Source of the DNA: Clostridia bacterium
GTDB lineage: Bacteria; Bacillota; Clostridia; Oscillospirales; CAG-272
Reading direction: 5' to 3'
NCBI GenBank assembly: GCA_017468385.1
Contig: JAFUIQ010000011.1
Coordinates: 68,224 to 132,223, forward strand
Length of the DNA: 64,000 nucleotides
The notes below the pieces were generated by a model. That model was given only the letters and a program-made list of their open reading frames with translations, ran no database searches and was not told the origin of the DNA. Positions 9,756 through 18,960 of the stretch are shown piece by piece. Positions within the stretch are counted from its first letter, which is position 1, and each line of letters begins with the position of its first letter. The translations under genes were made by a program, and so were the position numbers.

Positions 9756-11585
9756 ATGAAACTTTCTCAATTGTTCAAAAAGAAAAAATCCGATAAGATA
9801 AAAATGCCCATTCGGCGAATTATATCGAATAATATTTTCATGCTTCGTATGGCCCATCGCAGTGTGCCGGGGCTTCTGCTCTGTGATATTGTTGTGACTG
9901 TCGGGGCTGCCCTTACTTCGTTTTTGACTTCCACATATATGCTTCGCTATGCACTGAACGGAATCGCAGAAGGGAAGAGCTTCTCCGGTATTGCTGCTTT
10001 TGTCCTGGTGTGTCTGGCCGCCCAGCTCCTTTTGGGGTGGAGTCAATCGTTTTTTTACAGTAAGGTGTATCCCGTCAAGACCTGTAAGATGACAAACGAT
10101 ATCCGCAAAGTGGTTTACGAGAAAGCGGCCCAGGTGGAGTTGGGGTGCTATGAGAATCCGGAGTATTACGATACGTATGTCAAAGCCATAAACGAATGCA
10201 CATCCCGGGCGCAGGCAGTAATGGGGTCCGTGGGGAACATCGTATATATAATTACCAATTTCTCTGCCAATTTCGGGTTATTGCTTGCCATCGATCCTCT
10301 CTTGCTGCTCTTCGCGCTGCTTCCCCTGATGTGCATCCCGATTACCGCCGTTGCCAATAAAATTGTGTACAACCGAAATATGGAAATGACCGCGGCGAAC
10401 CGACGGAAGGAATATACCCGCCGCACCTTTTATCTGTCCGATTACGCCAAGGAGATGCGGCTTTCCAATATGCCGGCACTGATGCTGGAGCGTTTCTGGG
10501 AGGCTGGCACCCGTGTGATTGACATCATAAAAAAATACGGTTTTCGGGTGATTACGCTGAACTATCTGAAAACGGAATGTCTGGAAATGCTGACTCCCCT
10601 GAGTGCCACTATGTATGCGGTCTGGAAGACGCTGGGGGCGGGCACGATGGGATACGGAGACTGTGTGGTTGTGGTGAATTCCATCAGCACGGTGGCGTAT
10701 TCCCTGACAAACATTTCTGACACCTTACTGAAATTCCAGGATCATGCGCTGTATATTGAAAATCTGCGGAAATTTCTGGAATATTCCCCCAAAATCACCG
10801 ATGGGGATAAACCGCTGCCCGCGGGCGGAGATATCGTTCTTGAGAACGTCTCCTTCCGGTATGAGGGGGCTGAGGGATATACTCTGCGCAATATCTCCAT
10901 GCGGCTTGGCGAAAAAGAAAAAATCGCCATTGTGGGACACAATGGCGCCGGAAAAACCACGCTGGTGAAATTGCTCCTCCGTCTGTATGACGCGGAGGGC
11001 GAGATTACATACGGCGGGGAGAAAATATCCGACTTCGCTTTGCGGGAATATCGGGACGCGTTTTCTGCCGTGATGCAGGACTTCCATCTCTTTGCCTTGC
11101 CTGTGGCGGAGAATGTGCTCCTGCGCCCCCAAAATCCGGAGGATGAGGAGGTTATTATAGAATCCTTGAAAAAGAGCGGACTGTATGAGAAGGTAAAAGG
11201 ATTTGAAAATGGGGCGAACACCGTGATGACAAAAGAGTTTGACCCGAACGGTGTGCAGATGTCCGGCGGTGAACAGCAGAAGTTGGCCATTGCTCACGTG
11301 TATTCCAAGAACAATCGCTTTGTGATTTTGGATGAGCCATCCAGTGCGCTGGATCCCATAGCGGAGCACGAGATGTACGAGAGAATGAGTGAGGCGTGCC
11401 GGGATTGCGGTATGATATTTATCTCCCACCGTTTGTCCTCGGCTGTGTCCGCCGATCGGATTTATCTTATGGAAAACGGAGAGATTGCCGAGGTGGGCAC
11501 TCATAGGGAACTGATGGAGTTGAACGGCCGTTATGCGGAGATGTTCCGCCATCAGGCAGAGAATTACGCGGAGGTGGCAGTATGA
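9756..11585 (+). CDS. ABC exporter, fused permease/ATPase
   Basis: TM region + GHNGAGKTT, MSGGEQQK, ILDEPSS, ISHR; start could be 9723. Confidence 0.93.
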   Translation: MKLSQLFKKKKSDKIKMPIRRIISNNIFMLRMAHRSVPGLLLCDIVVTVGAALTSFLTSTYMLRYALNGIAEGKSFSGIAAFVLVCLAAQLLLGWSQSFFYSKVYPVKTCKMTNDIRKVVYEKAAQVELGCYENPEYYDTYVKAINECTSRAQAVMGSVGNIVYIITNFSANFGLLLAIDPLLLLFALLPLMCIPITAVANKIVYNRNMEMTAANRRKEYTRRTFYLSDYAKEMRLSNMPALMLERFWEAGTRVIDIIKKYGFRVITLNYLKTECLEMLTPLSATMYAVWKTLGAGTMGYGDCVVVVNSISTVAYSLTNISDTLLKFQDHALYIENLRKFLEYSPKITDGDKPLPAGGDIVLENVSFRYEGAEGYTLRNISMRLGEKEKIAIVGHNGAGKTTLVKLLLRLYDAEGEITYGGEKISDFALREYRDAFSAVMQDFHLFALPVAENVLLRPQNPEDEEVIIESLKKSGLYEKVKGFENGANTVMTKEFDPNGVQMSGGEQQKLAIAHVYSKNNRFVILDEPSSALDPIAEHEMYERMSEACRDCGMIFISHRLSSAVSADRIYLMENGEIAEVGTHRELMELNGRYAEMFRHQAENYAEVAV

Positions 11586-13384
11586 GTGAGAAAAAGAATC
11601 GTACATCCCCGAAGAATGTGTTGAAGAACAATCTTTGGATGATAGGGTTTGTGTGGAAATATACCCCCGGTTATGTGATCTGGATTGTACTGGAAGGGAT
11701 CCTCTGGGGTATTAACAACTCGGTGGGGATTATCTATACAAAGAATCTGCTGGATGCCTTGGGCGACGGTGCCGCGTTCCGTAAGGCGGCAGGCGTGATT
11801 TTGACGTACGCAGTATACTTGCTTTTGTTCCATGTGTGGCATTACTGGTATTGGAACTATTATCACGCTGTTGTCCGGGAAAAACTCCACCTTGGTATAC
11901 ATAAGGATTTGTTCCGTCAGGCAGTGCGGCTGGATATCTCCCGCTACGATGATCCCGTTTTCTACAACGATTTCGTTTGGGCGATGGATCAGGCCTATTC
12001 CCGCGCCGCCGGCGTTATGGAGGATACGGGAAAGCTGATCAACCGCACGGTGGCATCCTTTACGCTTACCGGTGTGCTGTTCAGTGTGGATGCAGCAACG
12101 GCAGTTATCATTCTGGGACTCGCGGGACTCCGTGTTTATTTGACTTCCCGCAGCAATCGGATGTATTTGCAGTACAGCGAAAGCATCAATCCGCTGGAGC
12201 GGAAAACACAGTACATCAACCGTGTGTTCCGTTTGCAGGACTATGCCAAAGAGATGCGCGTTACCCGGGTCAGTGAGAATCTGCTCCATGAACTGGATGA
12301 CAACACGGAAAAGATCAAAGAAGTGGAGCGGACCTTCGGGCAGAAACGTCTCACATTGGATACACTTCATGATGTGCTTCACGCCCTCGGAACCGGTGCG
12401 CCGCTGCTTCTGATCCTGTATAAAGTGATGATCACGGGCACGGTGGGCTTGGGTGGTTTTGCGATAGCCATGAATGGCATTTGGACCATGTCCTGGCTGA
12501 TTGGCGACTTGATCAACCGCATAATGAAATACCACGAGCACGGTATCTTTGTGGAGAAGATCCGCTGTTTCATGGAGTGTGAGCCGCAAATCCAAAGCGG
12601 GGAACAATCCGTGCCGCCCATGGAATCTATGACCTTGCGCGGTCTGACGTTCTCCTATCCGGGAAAAGAATCGGTCCATGCCCTGGAGGATGTGAATCTG
12701 GACATCCGCCGCGGGGAGAAGATCGCCATCGTTGGCTATAACGGTGCGGGCAAGACCACGCTGACCAAACTGCTCATGCGGTTGTACGATCCGGACAGCG
12801 GAGAGATTCTGTATAACGGAAAGAATATAAGGGAATACAAACTGGACGAGCTGCGCGGCCGCGTGGCCGCCGTGTTCCAGGATTATCGGATATTTGCCGC
12901 TTCGCTGGCGGAGAATGTGGCCGGCGGCGTATACACGGAGGATATGGAAGAGAAGGTGAGGGGGGCTCTGGAAAAGAGTACGTTTGGAGATAAACTGCAG
13001 AAGTTGCCCGACGGCCTCGATACCCCGCTTACCCGTGAGTTTGATAACAGCGGTACGCAGTTGTCGGGAGGGGAACAGCAGAAGGTGGCGATTGCCCGTG
13101 CCTTCTTCAAGGATGCGGATCTGATCATTCTGGATGAGCCGTCCAGCGCTCTGGATCCGGATGCGGAGTATGCACTCAATCAGGCGATTGCATCCTATGC
13201 GAATCAGAAAACCGTGATCTTCATCTCCCATCGGCTCTCCACCACGCGCCATGCGGATCGGATCTATATGTTCGAGGAAGGAAAGATCATTGAATCCGGC
13301 AGTCATGAAGAACTGATGGCGCTGGACGGAAAGTACGCCTATATGTTCAACCTCCAGGCGGAGAAGTACCAGACCGCATCGTGA
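11582..13384 (+). CDS. ABC exporter, fused permease/ATPase (heterodimer partner)
   Basis: ATGA overlap; GYNGAGKTT, LSGGEQQK, ILDEPSS. Confidence 0.93.
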   Translation: MSEKKNRTSPKNVLKNNLWMIGFVWKYTPGYVIWIVLEGILWGINNSVGIIYTKNLLDALGDGAAFRKAAGVILTYAVYLLLFHVWHYWYWNYYHAVVREKLHLGIHKDLFRQAVRLDISRYDDPVFYNDFVWAMDQAYSRAAGVMEDTGKLINRTVASFTLTGVLFSVDAATAVIILGLAGLRVYLTSRSNRMYLQYSESINPLERKTQYINRVFRLQDYAKEMRVTRVSENLLHELDDNTEKIKEVERTFGQKRLTLDTLHDVLHALGTGAPLLLILYKVMITGTVGLGGFAIAMNGIWTMSWLIGDLINRIMKYHEHGIFVEKIRCFMECEPQIQSGEQSVPPMESMTLRGLTFSYPGKESVHALEDVNLDIRRGEKIAIVGYNGAGKTTLTKLLMRLYDPDSGEILYNGKNIREYKLDELRGRVAAVFQDYRIFAASLAENVAGGVYTEDMEEKVRGALEKSTFGDKLQKLPDGLDTPLTREFDNSGTQLSGGEQQKVAIARAFFKDADLIILDEPSSALDPDAEYALNQAIASYANQKTVIFISHRLSTTRHADRIYMFEEGKIIESGSHEELMALDGKYAYMFNLQAEKYQTAS

Positions 13385-13394
13385 ATACAGAAAA

Positions 13395-13427
13395 GCGCCC
13401 TTGTACAGATTTCTGTGCAGGGGCGTT
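13395..13427 (+). terminator. Terminator-like hairpin after ABC pair
   Basis: GCGCCCTTGTACAGA/TCTGTGCAGGGGCGT stem. Confidence 0.65.
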
Positions 13428-13528
13428 CCATTTAATGCGTGTGATGGCAAAAACAAATCCGAACCACTTTCGCTTTGCGAAATAGTTCGGATGGGAAGGG
13501 CTCAATGAATTATCGAATAACGAAAAAA

Positions 13529-13560
13529 GAAGACACCCGAACAAGTTCGGATGTCTTTTT
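13529..13560 (-). terminator. Terminator downstream of tRNA
   Basis: AAGACACCCGAAC/GTTCGGATGTCTT stem flanked by A and T runs. Confidence 0.75.
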
Positions 13561-13561
13561 T

Positions 13562-13636
13562 TGGTGACCCGTGGGGGAATCGAACCCCCGTCTTCGCCGT
13601 GAGAGGGCGACGTCTTAGCCGCTTGACTAACAGGCC
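13562..13636 (-). tRNA. tRNA-Glu (anticodon CTC)
   Basis: Reverse complement starts GGCCTGTTAGTCAAGCGG, anticodon arm TCGCC-CTCTCAC-GGCGA, T-arm GGTTCGATTC, ends GGTCACCA with encoded CCA; upstream TTGCTT-17-TATACT promoter. Confidence 0.96.
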
Positions 13637-13725
13637 ATTTCGTTTCAGCCTGTATAGTATATCATATGTCTTTACAAAAAGCAAGACCTTTTTCGAAAAA
13701 AGTTGAAAAATATTTTTGAAATCCT

Positions 13726-14268
13726 TTACACGCACCCGGTCAGCGTGACGATCCGCGGGGTATGATGGATCGCGGGCAGAAAACGCTCCAGCACATCGGC
13801 GGTGCGGAGGCGGATACTGCTGGTGTTGATGCAGGGGTGACAGCAGAAATATTCCTGCTCGTACACATCCCGATCGATGAGCAGCTGCACCCGGTTTTCC
13901 CGATCGTTGGCCAGCCCCATGACGGTGACCGATCCCGGCGTCAGATCCAGATAATTCCGCATATGATTCTCGTCCGCGAAGGAAAGGCGGGTGCTTCCGA
14001 TCTGGGCGGACAGCTCCTTGGTTTTGAACGGCTTGTCCCCGGGCATCAGGAGCAGATAAAAGGCGCTCCCGTTGCTGTTGCGCAAAAACAGGTTCTTACA
14101 CATCCGGGTGCCGAAGGCGCAGTCGATGGCGGCGCAGGCCTCCATAGTGAAGGCGGGCTCGTGATCGATCCGATCGTAGGGGATGGACAGGGAATCCAGC
14201 AGGGCATAGCAGGCTTGCTCCTGGGGGATGCGGGATTCGTCGTGGGGATTTCCGCAGTAGACGGTCAT
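13726..14268 (-). CDS. Prolyl-tRNA editing protein (YbaK/ProX/PrdX family)
   Basis: HEPAFTM, CKNLFL, RLSFA, PGSVT, HPCINT motifs. Confidence 0.9.
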   Translation of the reverse strand: MTVYCGNPHDESRIPQEQACYALLDSLSIPYDRIDHEPAFTMEACAAIDCAFGTRMCKNLFLRNSNGSAFYLLLMPGDKPFKTKELSAQIGSTRLSFADENHMRNYLDLTPGSVTVMGLANDRENRVQLLIDRDVYEQEYFCCHPCINTSSIRLRTADVLERFLPAIHHTPRIVTLTGCV

Positions 14269-14425
14269 AGTGTTTCTCCGATCCGGGGATTTTTGGATAT
14301 GGTAGCACATCTTTCGAAAAAAAGCAAGAAAAAATGGAAGGAAATTTACAACCCCGCACAAATACGTTCACACATGGGCGGCGGAAATGTGCTACAATAT
14401 ATGCAATCCAATGAAATCAGGTGGC

Positions 14426-14839
14426 ATGATGGGAAACTGGAAAAATAAATTGATCGCATTTATGTACGGTCGCTACGGCGTGGATGCCTTGTACTACGCG
14501 CTGAATACGCTGTGGATTGTTTTGTGGATCGTGGGGATGTTCACGGGATTCTGGCCCCTGACCGCCCTGGCATGGCTGTGCCTCGGCTATATGTTTTTTC
14601 GCATGCTTTCGCGGAACATTGCCCGCCGCCGGGCGGAAAATGACCGCTTTCTGAAGATCTGGAATCCGATCCGAAGCTTTTTCAGCCTGCAATGGCGGCG
14701 GATCAAGGAATGCCGCACCGCGGTGTATCGGAAATGCCCGGATTGCGGTTCCATGCTTCGCCTGCCCCATCGCCGCGGCAAGCATACGGCCGCATGCCCC
14801 CGCTGCGGACGGCGATTTGATGTACGGATTCTGTTCTGA
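14426..14839 (+). CDS. Membrane protein with C-terminal zinc ribbon (conserved clostridial hypothetical)
   Basis: FMYGRYGVD N-terminus, TM helices, CPDC...CPRC. Confidence 0.85.
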   Translation: MMGNWKNKLIAFMYGRYGVDALYYALNTLWIVLWIVGMFTGFWPLTALAWLCLGYMFFRMLSRNIARRRAENDRFLKIWNPIRSFFSLQWRRIKECRTAVYRKCPDCGSMLRLPHRRGKHTAACPRCGRRFDVRILF

Positions 14840-14903
14840 CGGCGAAAGAGCCGAATGCCATCATAACAGCAAGCTGCTGCATGTCGATGCGGCGGCTTTT
14901 GAT

Positions 14904-15845
14904 TTACAAAACCGCATACAGCCCCCCGGCGAGGAGGTAGCCCAGCGCCGCGCAGGCGGGAAAGGTGATCACCCACGCGAGAATGCACCGGAAGAATTGC
15001 CGCTTGCGGATGAAGCCATCCGGTGATATGATGGCGCAGGCGGCCACCGCGGCGGTTTTGGTGTGGGTGGTGGAGGCGGGAATCCCCACCGCGCTGAGCA
15101 GCAGAAGTGCGGTGTCACAGGCGATATCCGCCGCCAAAGCGGTGCGCGGGCGAAGGGGCGCCAGATCGTCCCCCACTGCGTCCGTCATGCGCCGCCCGCC
15201 GCACAAGGCACCCATCCCCATCACCAGGGCGGCGATGCCGATCACTACAGGATGATCGGCCCGGGCAAAGCCGGACAGAGCCAGAAAAGCGCAGAATTTG
15301 GACAGATCCTGTACTCCGTGGAGCAGGGATGAGGCGGCGGCAGACAGAATCTGCCACCGATGCACCGTGGATTCCCGGGAGGTTCGGGGGATCAGCAGGG
15401 GCACAACGGTGCCCGCCGCCGCCCCCGCCAGGACACATAGGCTCATCCACAACACCGCGGGCAGCAGGACACGGAGCACGGAATCGCCCCCGCCCAGGGC
15501 GGCAGATGCCCCCGCCGCGGCGGACAGAATCCCATGACTTTCGCTGGTGGGCAATGCGGCGATCCATGCACCGAGGGCAAACAAAACCGACGCCCCCAGC
15601 GTGGCCAGTACGCCGATGTTCCCCGCATCCCCAAAATCGGTGGCGGACAAAACGGATTCGCCGATTCCCCCGAAGAACAGCACTCCGCACACGCCGCCCA
15701 CGGCGTTGCAGATGCCGCACAGGATGGCGGCACGCCTCATGGAGATAGCCCCCGAGCAGACGGCGGCGGCAATGGAGGTGCAGGCATCGGTGGCCCCGTT
15801 CAGAAAAATCAGCAAGACAATGACGATCGCAATGGCGTTGTGCAT
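14904..15845 (-). CDS. PiT (PHO4)-family inorganic phosphate transporter, divergent
   Basis: NGATDA, PTSESH, HGVQD, PASTTH motifs; hydrophobic; GGAGG RBS. Confidence 0.8.
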   Translation of the reverse strand: MHNAIAIVIVLLIFLNGATDACTSIAAAVCSGAISMRRAAILCGICNAVGGVCGVLFFGGIGESVLSATDFGDAGNIGVLATLGASVLFALGAWIAALPTSESHGILSAAAGASAALGGGDSVLRVLLPAVLWMSLCVLAGAAAGTVVPLLIPRTSRESTVHRWQILSAAASSLLHGVQDLSKFCAFLALSGFARADHPVVIGIAALVMGMGALCGGRRMTDAVGDDLAPLRPRTALAADIACDTALLLLSAVGIPASTTHTKTAAVAACAIISPDGFIRKRQFFRCILAWVITFPACAALGYLLAGGLYAVL

Positions 15846-15878
15846 AGGTCCTCCCCCGGGTGAAAATCGCGGTTTGGA

Positions 15879-15907
15879 TTGACAAAACCGCGGGAAATTG
15901 GTATCAT
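15879..15907 (+). promoter_or_regulatory. sigmaA promoter
   Basis: TTGACA-17-TATCAT. Confidence 0.7.
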
Positions 15908-15942
15908 ATACTATAGTAAAAATATGCAGACGTGAGGCAGAT

Positions 15943-16575
15943 ATGATAAGTGGGGCACGGACAGAGGGGGAGATCCTCTTTTTCAGTGGGGATGATACCC
16001 TGAGACAAACCCTGGCCGTGCTGTGCGGTGTCTCCGGTGAGGCGGCTTCCGGCGTGCGGCCCCGACTCTGCATCGCGGATGAGGACAGCCTGTCGCGTAA
16101 GCGGTGCATGGAGGGGGCCGGGAAGTACCGTGCCGCCGTGCTTTTGCTGGGGGGCGCGCCGCCGGATGCCCCCGCGAAGGGCATCTATCATCTGCCCCGT
16201 CCGTTTTTGTTTTCGGAGTTCACGGATCTTCTGCGGGGGATCCTGTCCGATACCGAAAAAACAGCCGAAACGGCTACGCCCACAGGGGCGGATCGGATTA
16301 TTCTGACACGGGATGGGTGGTTGTGCTGTGGGGAGAGAAGATGTCATCTGTCCCCCACGGAGGAGCAGATTCTGCGTCTTTTGCTGCAGGCGGCACCTGC
16401 GCCGGTTTCCCGCGGGCAGATCGCGCAGATCTTTGTGAGCCGACGGGGCAACGGTGTGGATGTATACATCAGTTATCTGCGGCGCAAATTGGGAGAACTA
16501 ACGCCCCAGGTGGGGATTTTGTCCGTCCGTGGCCGGGGATATGCCCTGGTCGGTGGGAAAATAGTATCAAAATGA
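15943..16575 (+). CDS. OmpR-type winged-helix regulator with degenerate receiver domain
   Basis: LSPTEEQILRLL..VSR..VDVYISYLRRKL..VRGRGY; N-terminus lacks the normal receiver signature. Confidence 0.8.
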   Translation: MISGARTEGEILFFSGDDTLRQTLAVLCGVSGEAASGVRPRLCIADEDSLSRKRCMEGAGKYRAAVLLLGGAPPDAPAKGIYHLPRPFLFSEFTDLLRGILSDTEKTAETATPTGADRIILTRDGWLCCGERRCHLSPTEEQILRLLLQAAPAPVSRGQIAQIFVSRRGNGVDVYISYLRRKLGELTPQVGILSVRGRGYALVGGKIVSK

Positions 16576-16596
16576 ATCAACAATGGAGATAGAAAT

Positions 16597-17778
16597 ATGA
16601 AAGAAGTCATCCTGTGCAAATACGGAGAAATTATCCTGAAGGGGGCGAACAAGTCCCAGTTTGAGAGCATTCTGCTCCGCGAGGTGCGCCGCCGTGCCGC
16701 CCATGTGGGACAGTTTGAGGTCAGCTATGCCCAGAGCACCGTGTGCATTGCTCCGCTGACGGATGAGGAAGATATGGAGGAAATGTTCCGCCAGGCCAAG
16801 CACGTCTTTGGCTTTGTAGGCATCACCCGCGCCGCAGTAGCGGAAAAGACGGTGGAGGATATCTGCCGTGTGGCGGCGGAGTATCTGCCCCCCTATCTGG
16901 CGGGTGCCCGAAAACTGCGGGTGGAGGCCAAGCGCTCCGATAAGCAGTTCCCCCTCAAATCCCCCGAATTGGCCGGGGAGGTAGGCGGAGCGATTCTGTC
17001 CGTCATGCCCCATCTGAAGGTGGATCTGACCCATCCCGACGTAACCGTGCGCATTGAGGTGCGGGATCAGTACGCCTATATTCACGCAGGCCAGGAAAAG
17101 GGCGCCGGCGGCATCCCGGTGGGATGCGGCGGACGGGGACTTCTGCTCCTCTCCGGCGGTATCGATAGCCCTGTGGCCGGCTATATGATGGCCCGCCGAG
17201 GACTGGCGCTGGATGCCCTGTATTTTGAAAGCATCCCCTATACCAGCGAACTGGCGCGGGAAAAAGTGTTTACCCTGGCCAAACTTATGACGGAGTACTG
17301 CGGCAAGATCCGCATGCACGTGATCTCCCTGACGAAGATTCAGGAAGCCATCCGCGACAACTGCGACGAGGATTACTTCACCTTGCTCCTTCGCCGCTTT
17401 ATGGTGCGTCTGTCCTGCCGGATGGCAGAGCAGTGCGGCGCGCCGGCTCTCGTGACCGGCGAGAGTCTGGGACAGGTAGCCAGCCAGACGCTGGCGGCGA
17501 TCTGCGTGACAGAGGCCGCGTCGGACCGGCCCATCCTTCGCCCCTGCATCGGTATGGACAAGGAAGAAATCGTGCGGACCGCTCGGGAAATCGGCACCTT
17601 TGAGACGTCGATTTTGCCCTACGAGGATTGCTGTACGGTGTTCACGCCCCGCCATCCCAAGACCCAGCCGGTACTGGAGAAAGTGCTGGAACAGGAAGCA
17701 AAGCTGGATTACGAGGCGCTCTTTGAGGAAGCCTGGCTGACCCGCAATACGCTGGTGGCCGAGCCGTTCTCGCTTTGA
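16597..17778 (+). CDS. thiI: tRNA 4-thiouridine synthase ThiI
   Basis: KYGEIILKG, THUMP domain, LLSGGIDSPVA, GESLGQVASQT, EDCC. Confidence 0.96.
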   Translation: MKEVILCKYGEIILKGANKSQFESILLREVRRRAAHVGQFEVSYAQSTVCIAPLTDEEDMEEMFRQAKHVFGFVGITRAAVAEKTVEDICRVAAEYLPPYLAGARKLRVEAKRSDKQFPLKSPELAGEVGGAILSVMPHLKVDLTHPDVTVRIEVRDQYAYIHAGQEKGAGGIPVGCGGRGLLLLSGGIDSPVAGYMMARRGLALDALYFESIPYTSELAREKVFTLAKLMTEYCGKIRMHVISLTKIQEAIRDNCDEDYFTLLLRRFMVRLSCRMAEQCGAPALVTGESLGQVASQTLAAICVTEAASDRPILRPCIGMDKEEIVRTAREIGTFETSILPYEDCCTVFTPRHPKTQPVLEKVLEQEAKLDYEALFEEAWLTRNTLVAEPFSL

Positions 17779-17810
17779 TTAAGAGACATCGTGAAAAGGT
17801 GGTGACAGTC

Positions 17811-18185
17811 ATGAAGCGGCATCTTTGGACCATCGTGTATATTGCTTTGCATGCCATTGTATTTGGCGCCATGTTTTTGCCGCCGCTGTGGATTCCCAAC
17901 CATGGCAACGGAAATGGCTATGAATATCATCTGTGGCTGGCGGCCATGTTCCCCATCGGAAGTGGAGCCATGGGCATCCTGGCGGCCTTCTTACCCGTGA
18001 AGCGGCAGGTGCGGCTGATCGCCGCCGCCTTGCTTTTGCTGGGGCTTCTGTTTCCGGGATGGGTTGGGACGGCGTTCTATGTGGTTTGTTATACATTGTG
18101 CTTTTTTGCCGCCCGACTGCTTATCTGGATGATTTGTTCCACTATGGCGGACTACCGGGCCTATCGGGCACGAAACCGGGAATAA
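17811..18185 (+). CDS. Small membrane protein, hypothetical
   Basis: About 4 hydrophobic segments; AGGTGG RBS. Confidence 0.7.
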   Translation: MKRHLWTIVYIALHAIVFGAMFLPPLWIPNHGNGNGYEYHLWLAAMFPIGSGAMGILAAFLPVKRQVRLIAAALLLLGLLFPGWVGTAFYVVCYTLCFFAARLLIWMICSTMADYRAYRARNRE

Positions 18186-18230
18186 AATAAAGACGGCTGC
18201 TTTGCCCAACTTCTCATAAGGAAGTTGGGC

Positions 18231-18378
18231 AGTTTTATTCGCCTGCAGCGAGTTCTATTGCTTTGCAGTGATATTCGGCTTACGCCGAGTGGTATTCGCT
18301 GCGCGAGTTTAGGAGGCGAATAAAATACCACTGAAGCTAAAGGCTTCAATATCACTATTGCGGAGCAATAATATCACT
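18231..18378. repeat. Modular hairpin array (conserved 9-nt linker + variable mini-hairpins)
   Basis: AGTKNTATT x4 then inverted AATAYCACT x3, each separated by short stems. Confidence 0.75.
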
Positions 18379-18493
18379 CTTACTTTCTCTGCCAATTCAT
18401 GATATAATATAATCAGCATTATAGGGGTATGGGCATTGCCCTATGCATTTGTAATACAAAGGCGAAACTTGCGATAAAAAGGAGAAAAGAATA

Positions 18494-18859
18494 ATGAATA
18501 ACAGTGTATCAAATTGGATTGATAAAGTTTTGGATCAAGAAATTCCCAATACGGTTGTAGCTTTCTGCTTTAATCTTTACGAGGAATCCGATGGCAGTTG
18601 GGCAATGGAATTGGTTGGAACAGAACGCTTTGACCTCGAAGACGAAGACTGGGCATGCAACGAATTGACCGATTTTGGATCACGAGAGTGTTTGTATAAT
18701 TGGGAAATGGAGTGTGAATGGGACGAAGCTTTAGAATATATGGTTAAGGAATTGAGCCGGTATTTAGAAAACGGTAAATATGCAGATTTGCTGAAATCAA
18801 AAGATGGTGTTGGCGTTGGATTTGTAGACGGGAATATCGAAATTTTGCACACTAAATAA
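18494..18859 (+). CDS. AT-rich acidic hypothetical protein (immunity-protein-like, inferred)
   Basis: AAGGAG RBS, TG-n-TATAAT at 18400-18408, 121 aa, D/E/W-rich. Confidence 0.85.
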   Translation: MNNSVSNWIDKVLDQEIPNTVVAFCFNLYEESDGSWAMELVGTERFDLEDEDWACNELTDFGSRECLYNWEMECEWDEALEYMVKELSRYLENGKYADLLKSKDGVGVGFVDGNIEILHTK

Positions 18860-18865
18860 AAAACG

Positions 18866-18898
18866 AACCCCAACAAATTTTAAAAATCTGTTGGGGTT
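18866..18898 (+). terminator. Terminator of cassette gene
   Basis: AACCCCAACA/TGTTGGGGTT stem. Confidence 0.75.
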
Positions 18899-18933
18899 AA
18901 TCTTTGTCTTCTGCAGAGCAATTATGCCTTTTT

Positions 18934-18960
18934 GGACCGTCGAGGACGCCGGTCCCTACA
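18934..18960 (-). repeat. GTAG-type REP element
   Basis: Reverse complement TGTAG-GGACCG-GCGTCCTCGA-CGGTCC: GTAG tetranucleotide followed by GC hairpin. Confidence 0.7.

Noticed and set aside
18231-18378. CRISPR array
   Set aside because: Repeats only 9 nt, spacers about 7-20 nt and self-complementary, orientation flips, no cas genes
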